This document shows positions 11,990-22,452 of a DNA stretch of 64,000 nucleotides, piece by piece. The notes beneath the pieces were generated by a model, which had not been told where the DNA came from, made no database searches, and saw nothing but the letters and a program-made list of their open reading frames with translations. Positions within the stretch are counted from its first letter, which is position 1. Every line of letters starts with the position of its first letter. This stretch comes from Takakia lepidozioides. Its lineage: Eukaryota > Plantae > Bryophyta. The position numbers and the translations under genes were made by a program. Location of the stretch: positions 32,178,001-32,242,000 of the forward strand of contig CM060733.1 of the NCBI GenBank assembly GCA_030704615.1. The letters run 5' to 3'.

Positions 11990-14145
11990 TCAACTCATTA
12001 TGTTGGGGTCTGGTGTGACGCACTCAGAGGTAGCACTCTTCGTGAGCTGCTTGATCTGCTCGGCTAAATCCAAATTCTCCTTCTCCACTTTACGAATTTT
12101 CTTCTCTGATTCTTTGAGCTTCTTCTCCATTTCGGCCCTCTCCTGTAGTATGTGGGGGATATATTCTTCGCGGAGCCTCATGTTCTGCAGGAGGATTACA
12201 CCCAAAGTGGTGTCACGATCACTGTTACTGCTGTATAGAGACAAAGGGATGTACTTTGCATTCAGAATCTTTGTGACGATATAACTACATACAAAGAAAT
12301 GAAATGAAATGGTATTTTATAACGTCTGCGGAAAGCTCCAAGAGCTTATGGGACAAAATGGAAAAAACAAGAGAGGAAACAAACCAGAGCCAAAAAAGAA
12401 AGGAAGAAAGAAAGGAACTTTAGAGAGAGATTTAAGAGTCTGCATTGCAACGATTTGGTCTGTCCTCTGATCATTTGTCTATCTTTTGACATCGAATTCT
12501 AGATGTCGACTAGGTGTTGCCTTTACAGACAGACTGAGCTCATAATGCTTGGAAGGACACTCTTCCGCCTCCATGATAGTTTACTTCATAATCATAATAA
12601 CTAACATCGAAAATGTTTACCTCTCTATGCAGGGTATCTAAGCTGTCGGCTTTCCTCTGTCGGCTGCGGCGAGCCGAAGCTCGATTCGACTCCATCCTGA
12701 TAAAAATCAGACAAGCCCACAATATCTGTGAGGAAATCAGCTCGATCATTTCTCACGCAAGGACTCCTTACTACAGTAAAACGTAGTGACCACCACACAA
12801 TCTAGCTGGTCTTCTCCTTCTGTTCCAAATCATGGACCATACCGACAAGAAATGTCAAAAGCAGTACTCACCTCCTCACTCTCTTGGCCTCAAGCTTAGC
12901 TTTGGCTTCCACCGCAACGTCATCAAGCAGAGACCCTGCTAGCATACCCCGCAGGCCTGGGGGTGATGTCCGTTTCCGCCCAAGCATCTGCTGCATGAAC
13001 CTCCCTGAGTTTATATTCAAGAGGCCATCGATTCCTAGGCCATTGGAAAAACCATTCATTTGCCCACACACACCTTCGAGGCAGGGCCCGTTCGCCCTCG
13101 ATGGACTGAAGCATGGATCCACCCCTGACATAAAGATGCTGCCACCCGACTCGTACTGATTCACGCCGTCCATTCCATTGCTAATATTCCCTTGCGCTAA
13201 AGTTCCATTATTTATTCCATGAGGCGGCAGCGGCATGCTCCAGATTGTTGGGTTGCAGGGAGCGTGTTCCATGTGCAGCAAACCAGCTGGCTGTGCTCCT
13301 GTCGACATCAGTGCTGGCGGAGGGCTTCCATTGCACAGGGGTCCTGCTACGATTTCAACTCAAAGCGGATTTCCCATCAACCTTGTCCTGATCAATGAGA
13401 CTTGTAACATACTTCTTCTATTAATGAACTGATTAGATTCCCCCCATGACATGTCTGCCTCGTGTTTGCAGGTTTCTCCTGATCAACCCAACAGTCTTCT
13501 TAATGCCATAACTTCCTAAGAGATTTCAGTTCGTTGGATGCATACGGCCAACTGATTAATTTGGACGCGACGACAGAATCCCAATCACAGGAACCCATTT
13601 CCTTCCCATACTAGTGAAGGCTAGAAAATCGAGAATCACAGAGTCAATGTCATTCATATGTACAGGAATTCCATCTAGTAATTTCAAATTCCAGGTTTAT
13701 TTTGGTGAACCTACTCTTCATAATCACGTCAATTTCTCAACTGGGTTCTACGCTGTAGCAATACACAGAGCAATCAAGCATCATTTGAAGGCAGCTTAGG
13801 GTCTCAACGACATTTACCCTGATGAAATGCCTCACCGAAACCCGCGCCTTGCATTATGTTTGCCATCGGACCGCACGTATAAGATCCATTGTCCAATTCA
13901 CTGCAGCTGGTAAAACTCTCGACTGGGCTGCCAGCCTGGGGGTCCGTTCCAGATGACAAGTCCAAACTTACTACAGGGCCTGACCCCTCTCCAAATGAAC
14001 GGAACATCGTCTGGCTCTGGGCATCCAGTGTTCCTTCCAGAATGTCTTCATTGTTCTGACTTAGCAGCTCCTCAAGCGTTGGTTGGTATACGTCCATCCT
14101 CGGAGGCAGCGTCGCACGCGACACAACTTCGATGCTCACCGTCAT
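11990..14145 (-). CDS. bZIP transcription factor, 4 coding exons, ~356 aa
   Basis: Exons 14145-13818, 13343-12872, 12696-12621 and 12184-11990 are in frame (1071 nt). Basic region KRVRRMESNRASARRSRQRK (N-x7-R) is followed by a coiled coil. The 76-nt basic-region exon with phase 2/0 introns resembles plant group C bZIPs. Confidence 0.88.
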
Positions 14146-14288
14146 TATCCCGAATCTCCTTTCTACTTATTATGGCCTGCAGATCCCGGGCCAACTGCAA
14201 TTAACACTGCCAGTGCAACCATTCAAAAAATTGAAAAGAGGATTTCAAAACAGAACTGCAGCCGGCAGTCACTCTCTCCTTTGAACAC

Positions 14289-14290
<2 letters not shown>

Positions 14291-14321
<31 letters not shown>
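14291..14321. repeat. (CT)15 microsatellite in the bZIP 5' region
   Basis: Read directly from the sequence. Confidence 0.95.
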
Positions 14322-14324
<3 letters not shown>

Positions 14325-17300
14325 GAGGCCGCAAGTTACGTTTCTTCTGCTCCAAACTTACTCTAAGCACTTGTGCTTTACAAGACTCCGCTCTGATTCG
14401 ACGAGCATGGAGATTTTTACATCTGCAGGGACAGCCCAACACAGATGTGTATCAAGGCACGCATATATCTCTCGCTCTCTGATCTCAAACACATTCACTT
14501 CTGGACAATGCGGACCGCGGGCACTTGGCACACTGCAACTTGTCCTTCCCCACCCCCCGCCGCCCCGGCCCCCACCCCCCCATCGCCGGGCAGCTGGCCC
14601 GGGCGACCTGCGTTCCGAAAGGGTGCCCCTGGTCCCTTCACTCCACCCTTTTCCAAAACGGTGGTACTCCTACTGTATCTCAGGTAGATTCATGCTATCA
14701 ATAGATGTACCAACCAGGTACATTACATACCTGTATACATTCGTACATGTACATATCTATACGTACACAGATAGCACCATTTTCCTTCATTTTGAGCTGC
14801 CCGTCTGGCCCCAGGTCCCAACATCCAGATCCCCGAATTCGGGTACCAGACGCGTTTCCATCTTCGTTGACGATTATTGTCTGTCTGGGCTACCGTTCGT
14901 AGCGAAGGGTCCGAAAGTGTCGTCCAGACAAACCGAGATTTCATCCGTCCGCAAAGACTTTCTTTGCATTTCGCTAAAACAGTGCGCTGGATACGTGGAA
15001 AGGGGAAGGCCGAGATGGAGGAGGTGGCAGGCGAGCTTAAGGCAGGGCGACGGTTTTACAGGAGCACGCTGCCGTTCACGTGCGTCCATCATCTGGACAT
15101 ACTGAAGTGGGTGTGCTTTACGTCAACCCGCGTGCTCCACAGTCTGCTCAGTAGATCGGACCATGCGCCTTCTCTACAAAGTAGCCTGAGCTTTAGGACA
15201 TGCCCATGTCTTCGAACACCTACTGAGGCGACTTCCGCACCTGCAAGATACGGATCTCGTTAGTTAGCGGGCTCCTAGCGGTGATGTGGGGATTCCTTCC
15301 TCTGACATTTAGTACCTCCTCTCTCTCCCCCCCCCAGGTGTTGAATCACGGTCACCTGCTAAAAATTGGGCAGTTGATCTTGCGCACAACTATGATCTGT
15401 GATTCTCTCCCCTTTCCCCTCCCTGCCTCTTTCTCCTTCTCTTTACCTCCCTCTCCTTCCTCTCTCAATCTCTTTCTGTTGCTTTCGTGTTTGTTTTTTT
15501 GTTTATGAGTTGTTTGTGTGTTCACAGGGTGGGTGGCTTTTCCTCTTTGCTTTATGTTTTTCGGTTGTTCACGGGGTGAGTGGCTACATGCCAAGGAGCG
15601 CATGTAGGGCGGGAGCGAGCTTTCAGTCAACTGAATGCACACAACCCATGCCTGCCAGTCAGTCAAGGCTCGTCCATCAGTCGCAATTCAGTGAGTGCAC
15701 TCTGCACATTCACATAAACTTCTGATGATTTGCACCAGGGCAAAGTTTCTGAATTGATGATGTGTTGCTAAATTTTCCTAGGAGGGTTCCTGCAAAGCAT
15801 TTACTCAAATGTTTGATTGCTGGTCAGTGATAGGTGCTCATTGTTACAGGATTCCAAGGTGGTGACAATATTTGTACTTATCCAAATGCACTTCACTAGC
15901 ATTGACCCAAGGGTGCCTTGAAGAGCCCAACACTCATCCTCGAGCAGCTGTCTTGTCACAACCGTGAGGAGAGGTGCATAGTAGTGCCCACCTGGAGTTG
16001 AGGCTTTCTCTATTGTGGAAGTGGCACTTTGTCACACTTGCAATCTCGTAGCCAGAGGCTCTCTTCTCTGCTGGTGCATACAGCAATAAAAACCCTTAAA
16101 ATACACAATGTAGGCCTCCTTCCAATTTAGTTCTTACTGGGTAGCTTCTGACACTGCTTCCAGGGTGAAATGGGGCTGTCCCCAGTTGCGGCCTGTTTTG
16201 CATGTTTGGGTGTGGTACTAAAAGAAGGTTATTGGCACTGGGTGGGCAGTGCTCAGCAGATCTGTCAAGTGCAGCATAGTAACAACGTGGACCTTGTGCA
16301 CCAGAATATGTGATTGCACTCACAACCATCCTGGGCTCTGTGCTCTTTGTGGTAAATGCTCTATCCTTAAGGGTGTGGGTCACTGAAAGGTGTTTGTGGC
16401 TCGAAATGAAACAGTGAAGTGAGGCTGTCCAGAGTCCAGAGTGGATGTCTGGGTATGCTATGTGATCTTTTGTGACTTGCAGTAATTTTCCTGCTGTAAA
16501 GAGAATATCATCAAGAGAGTACATGATGCTGATCCAGAGTGGGGTCTAGAAAAAGGAGTGATAAAGGTTTATCAAGTGGCCTGTAAAGGAAGAGCATGTT
16601 GGTTACCAACATTGGTTTATGTGATAGCGTTGTTATCCATTAAATGAGTTGAGTTTGAAAGCTGGGAGGAACGAAGAGTGAATCTTTACACATATATGCA
16701 TGAAGAGAACCGGTAAAGAACTGGATATCTTGTGGATCAAGCTTACTCCAAGAACGGCCTTTCAGACTTGTCTTCCATTTGGTTACATGGTAACTTAGAC
16801 TTCTAGTCTGGCTAGGAATGTACTGAAGCTTGAAAGAAATCCAGGCATATACGAGAGGTACTACAGCCTCGTGCTAGACGTGAAAGACACGGGTCACGAG
16901 TGATGAAAGGGAAGCAAGACTTCAAAGATATTCAGCAAAAAGAGAAAACTATTTAAAAGCTAATTATCCGTATCTTTGGCAGAAAGGAATAGACATAGGA
17001 GAGTCATTTGGGCCTCTCACACCACCAGGACCAGAGAATACATCACCCATACCTGAAGATCCTAATTTAGATACCACTCCTTATTCTTTACAAGAAAGAC
17101 TAAAAGATTTGGTGGAAGAAGAAGATCAACCATGAGGGGAGAGATCGGAGGTACATCCCTGGATAAAAGATTTGACAGAAGTCTTATGAAATGCTGCGTA
17201 CTTCTAGTCCACTTGATTTTCAACATAAAGGTGAGTCATGATAGTCTGTCGCAGTACACCTATGTTAAAAAAATATGTTGCCGCATTTGCGGAAATCATG

Positions 17301-18139
17301 GGAACGAAAGAGAGGTCATTAACCAGGGTGGTATTGGAAGTACATATTACTTTGACACCAGGTTGGAACTGCCTGCTGACAGTGTGAGGAGCAGCAGCTT
17401 CCGTGGAGGAAACAGACAAGGCCTGGATCAAGCTAAAGAAGCAAATGTCATCAGAGTTGGATTACTTTGTAGACATTTTGGGATCACAGACTAATAGTAA
17501 TTTGCAGATGATAGAAAATTGCAGTGTTGAAAATGTGATAGCTTCCAGAGGTGAACTGGAGACCAGAAAAGGTGACCTTGTAAGAGATGTAAGGGCACTT
17601 GATGGTTTAAAATGTGCGGAGTCCCAGCACAGCAACAAAACCCCAGTTGGTGACAAGGCATGTGAGGACAGGAACATGGATATAAAGGATGAATCTGACT
17701 GGGAGATGGTCAAGGCTGTGAAGGACATTGAAATTTCTATGGGAATGATCTTACCTTACTCAAAGATGGTGCAAATAGTGAACAGCGTCTAGCAATGGAA
17801 AGCATTTGTCTTCACCAGAGTAGATTCTCAAACATCACGGTGCATTCTGGCTCAGTTGCAGAAAACTTTGAGTGGGAGCATAGTTCTCTAGGTATCTTCT
17901 GCCATTTGTGATATACCATCTTAGTTATGGCCCACAGCCAGCCACAGAGGGAGGGAAGCGGACAGCTGTGAATTAGGAGGTGTGTCTTTCTCTACTGTCC
18001 TGAAGGGAGCTTGAGTAGAGTGTTTGGGTACTCGAGTCACTAAGATGAAGAAACAATTCAAACCATCTTTAAATCCTTCACTGTGATTCTTCAAGATGAA
18101 TGCCCGGCAAGTAGATCTCTGTTTGCCAGAAAGCTAGCC

Positions 18140-20699
18140 TCAGCATTCTGGTTTAGTCTTAGTTTCAGGGCCATGGCTCAATTTTCCTTCAGAGCAACCA
18201 CTCTTTGTGAGCTGCTTGATCTGCTTCTCCAATTTACGAATTCTCTTCTGCATTTCGCTCCTCTCCTGTAGTACCTGTGGAATATACTCCTCGCGAAGCC
18301 TCTTGTTCTGCAGGAGTCCAACAGACTGCGTGTTAGTACTCATAAGACGTTGAACTCCAAGGCAGGTCTAATAACGCAACAAAGCTTGGTTTTCTTGACT
18401 TCAGAGTTGATCCCTCCTCAGTGGAAAAATTTAGTGAGACCTAGCACTTTGCCCTTGCCAGTTTGAACAACTTTCTGGATGTGCATCCCAGTTACAGTTG
18501 GAGGAAACTCAACGCCCAGGTATGTGTAGGAAGGGAGGACCGGAATCTCTTGGCTACCCCATTGCCACTTGAGATCACTTCCTCCCTCTCCTCTGTCGTT
18601 GAATGCCACCACTGCACATTTACTGACGTTAGCCTCTAGCCCCCAAAGGTCAAAGTATCTCTTCGCGCAATCAATCAACTCCTGGAGGTTTGAAGCAGCC
18701 TCCCCTATGCCTGCGAAGTCATCCGCAAACATAAGGGCTGGTATGGCGGCATCACCCACCCTTAACCCAAATCCCTCACTTTCCACATCCTCGAGGAGTT
18801 GATTGATGAAAACATTGAAGAGCAGAGGGGAGAGGGTACATCCTTGAGCTACACGTTGGTCTATGTCAAAGAAGTTGGACTTTTGTCCAATAACAGTGAC
18901 ACAACTTTTGGTGTGAGCATACAAGTTATGGACAACTCTCCACATCTTTCCCTTGATCCAACATGACCAGACGCGGAGCCATCGACCATCTCTCCACACT
19001 GTGTCATAAGCCTTTTTGACATCCAAGAGAAAAACAAAAGTGGGTTTCCCTTATTTTTTCCTTCCCTGGATAATCTGGCTTAGAGTGAAGATATGATCCA
19101 CACAGCCCCTGTTTCGCCGAAAGCCAGCTTGGCCTTCGTGGAAACAACCTTTACATTCCAGATGGATCGCCACCGTGTTTGATAAGCTCCTTGACTATGC
19201 CATCAGGTCCACCAGCTTTATATCCGTTTAAATGCTCAATTGCTTCAACAATCTCAGAAGAACTAATGGAAGCGTTGTAAGCCTTTGACATATATTCCAG
19301 TTCATCAGGGCTGTTTTGAATCATAGGAACAGTTTTTCCAACTGTGTCCTTCCATTCTTCAGAGGACCCCTCACTGTTAGACCTAGAATTCTGCCAAGGA
19401 TACTCTAGTGGGTTTCAAAGGTTTGGACAATGTCAACCGTTGAAGTCACCACTGCACCCTTAGTAGTCTTCAGCGCTTGTACTTGCTGACAGTTTTTTGG
19501 CTTGTACAAACGTTGAAGGGCCAACCAAAATCTCTCGTCATTACCACCATGGTGGTTTGAGTTTATTTCACTGTATAACTTGTCCCAGTATAATTTCTTC
19601 TGAGACCTTACAAGCTGATTGATATCCTTGCGAATCTGGTAGTACCTAGCCCACAATTTTTTGTTGGTTTTCAAATTGCAGCACTCCTGCATTGATAATT
19701 TCACATTGATAACTTCACAATTGTCACACAAGAAATCACGGACAAAGAATCCAACCCCTTTTTGACAGCGTTTGGCAGAGGCTGCCTTAAGAGCTCACAT
19801 CTTACCTATCCATTGACATCTCCAACCAGTTTGTCCGGTGTTTCCCATGTCTCTTGCCCAGCACAGATACGAATATCATTTGCCCGAAGAACTTGTCCCA
19901 CTTCGAGTTGTTTCCTTTGGTTAGTCATCCCTGAGAAGTTGAAAGTGCCCAGCCGCGAACAGCCCTTTGCATGTGAATTGTTTGTCGTCTAGGTAGGCTA
20001 TGGTTGGACCTGGACGGCCAACCGTAAAGGGGAGGACAATTACCCCGTGTGTAGATTTTGCTCGTCTTGTGTAAACATTCAGGATTGGTAAACCATTCAG
20101 AGTACCAAATCCTTCAGTTACACGACGTTCAGTAGGCATATTCTAAAGATCAAGAAGTTATTGCAAAGCACAGGTAAGGGCTAAGTGTAACTTCCTGTTA
20201 CCTCTCTCTGCAGGCTAGCCACACTGTCGGCTTTCCTTTGTCGGCTTGCGGCGAGCCGCAGCTCGATTCGCCTCCATCCTGATAAAAATCAGACAAGCCC
20301 ACAATATCGGTGAGGAAAATATTCCAAATCATGGACCATACTGACAAGAAATGTCAAAAGCAGTACTCACCTCCTCACTCTCTTGGCCTCAAGCTTAGCT
20401 TTGGCTTCCACAGCAACGTCATCAAGCAGAGACCCTGCTAGCATACCCCGCAGGCCTGGGGGTGATGTCCGTTTCCGCCCAAGCATCTGTTGCATGAACC
20501 TCCCTGAGTTTATATTCAAGAGGCCGTCGATTCCTAGGCCGTTGGAAGAACCAATCATTTCCCCGCACACACCTTCGAGGCAGGGCCCGTTCGTCCTCGA
20601 TGGACTGAAGCACGGATCCACCTGTTCCAAACCAGCTGGCTGTGCTGCTGTCGACACCAGGTCAACATTGTCCTTGTGATGCTTCCCTCTTCGTCGCAT
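18140..20699 (-). pseudogene. Partial duplicate of the bZIP gene (chimeric 5' end, frameshifted, LINE-interrupted)
   Basis: 20658-20371 matches exon 2 with an internal deletion. 20278-20202 matches exon 3 but is 77 nt rather than 76 (+1 insertion in the basic region). 18307-~18190 matches exon 4 (NKRLREEYIPQVLQERSEM…QIKQLTKS). Confidence 0.9.
18335..20195 (-). mobile_element. LINE family 1 copy retaining both the 5' and 3' ends, with several internal deletions
   Basis: APE endonuclease start LGTFNFSG…DIRICAGQETW (~19950-19840). RT motifs DVKKAYDTV…LMFADD…YTYLGV (19026-18418). 3' terminus AACGTCTTATGAGTAC. Confidence 0.9.
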
Positions 20700-21089
20700 T
20701 TTTTCAGATTCTTCAGGGCTCTCGCGAGAGCGAGCGAGGGATGGGAGAAGAGAGACGTATGGAATTCTAGCGACGACTGAAGGTCGGAGACTAGTTTGGC
20801 GTGGAGCAGAAATAGGGTGCCATAGTGCCACGTCATCGTCATCATGCCACGACGTCGTCGTCAGGCACGTCATCGTCGTCGTTGTCAGCCACGTCATCCA
20901 TCGTCATTTCTGCCCGAAATGCCTGAAAATAACCCGGAGAGGTATGTTGTAGCGCAGGGAAGGGATGATGATGTCCGCGTGCTTAAGCGCGGAGGGGTTT
21001 CACACACTGATCTCAGAGGGAGATCCTACATGGTGGATGCTTTACAATTTTTTTTCATTTCCAAATGGTGACTGGCTGCAGTTTGGGGA

Positions 21090-21410
21090 TTCCAAACTCC
21101 ATCCACTCCCAGATACCCCACTTTGAAGGATCGGATGCAACGACGCCAGTGCAGCCGGCAACATTCACGCTTATAGATGTGCAGTTGAATAAGAATGCAA
21201 GAGGTTCGAAGAACAGTTTTAATGTCTCAGGTGTACTTCAGCTGGCAATTACATCCCAGAGAAGCATCTTCTATGCATTCACCCCCGCTTTGAGATGACC
21301 CCTGGTTTCTCGCAAATTTTCATCAAATTGGAAGGTGTCTCTATAGAAACAGAGAATGAATACATGCTCTATATGCTTGGCTGTACCCTGTTCCCAGCGA
21401 AAGAGGTCAA
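21090..21410 (+). pseudogene. Fragment resembling the N-terminal region of plant DUF2921 membrane proteins
   Basis: Frameshifted …FTLIDVQ…FNVSGVLQLAIT…/PRFEMTPGFSQIFIKLEGVSIE…MLYMLGCTLFP, recognised from memory of the family. No flanking exons. Confidence 0.55.
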
Positions 21411-21621
21411 GAAATTGACTAAGGAATGGTGGAAATAGAGATCAATGCATTAGCTGTAGCTCCACCTCAAGTAGGTAACTTTTCATCTTTCAAGTCGTTA
21501 TATAGGCCTCTCAAAGCTCTTTCGGTATGTGACTGGTTTCTTCTAAGCTGTTGGGGTTTGTGTGAGCTCTAGTTGCTTAGCAGTTTGTCATGGACCAAGT
21601 TTTCAGATAGTTTCTTAGTGA

Positions 21622-21711
21622 TGCCTAGTGGAAGGCAGTAATCTTTCGGGGTGAGGAGACACCATAATTTACCTTCCTTCGGGAGGTGTAAAATATTCTT
21701 ATTATTATTTT
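21622..21711 (+). mobile_element. SINE 3'-half fragment
   Basis: GGAAGGCAGTA…GGGGTGAGGAGACACCATAATTTACCTTCCTTCGGGAGGTGT plus a TTA-rich tail matches the SINE body. Confidence 0.75.
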
Positions 21712-22084
21712 TGGCCAAAAATCTTGTCCTTGTCCTGGCCCTTAGTTGTATGTCCTTGCTACACCCACATCAAGCCCTTTCACACCCATATCAAACCTTT
21801 CTACACCCCTATCATCATCAACTTGATTGATGTTGTTAAGGGTGTAGAAGTGGACTTAGTGAATACTTTTTGTCCACTTCTACACCCCTAATAACATCAA
21901 CATGAAGCACAAAAAGATGCTTCAAATCAAAGCATCTTCCAAAATATGCTTCTCTTTAAAGCATCTTTCAAATATGCTTTCATAGTTGTTAATAAGTGGG
22001 TTGTACGGTTAAGAACAGCCTAGTTGTTAACAACATACTTGTTCCGAACAGCATAGTTAATGTTAACAACCCACTTGTTACGAT

Positions 22085-22374
22085 CTCTCTCTGTCTCAAT
22101 TCCACTAAATGGCTTAGCACCATAGAAATTTTGGCTAGTCAATGACTGTCAACCCTAAGCTGAGTTCTTTGGAGGATAAGCCAATTCGGTTTCTAGTAAC
22201 ACCTTTGTGAGAGCATCTCAAGAATACTTTTCTTTTGGGAGAGTTCATCTTGAGCCCTGGTTGGAACAGGTGCTGAAGGACCTGGGATTGTGTGTGACAT
22301 TGTATAACATCAAATCCGTGGAGGGTGGGTTTGTCTTCCCTGGTGATGGTGCTCCTCGCTTCACAGTAAGTCCT
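22085..22374 (+). pseudogene. Orphan duplicate of the RPC8 intron-1 end plus exon 2
   Basis: High identity to 5125-5384, including the acceptor, VLKDLGLCVTLYNIKSVEGGFVFPGDGAPRFT and the GTAAG donor. Confidence 0.93.
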
Positions 22375-22412
22375 CCCTGATGTGACAAGCTAGTCCCCAC
22401 CCCCAAACCACC

Positions 22413-22446
<34 letters not shown>

Positions 22447-22452
<6 letters not shown>

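Noticed and set aside
14083-15105. 340-aa plus-strand ORF
   Set aside because: It runs antisense through the bZIP 5' UTR/promoter and a CT microsatellite, is low-complexity and has no recognisable domain.
17995-18015. miR319/159-like CTGAAGGGAGCT
   Set aside because: Only a 12-nt match with no star arm seen, and the duplicate at 25.35 kb does not conserve it.
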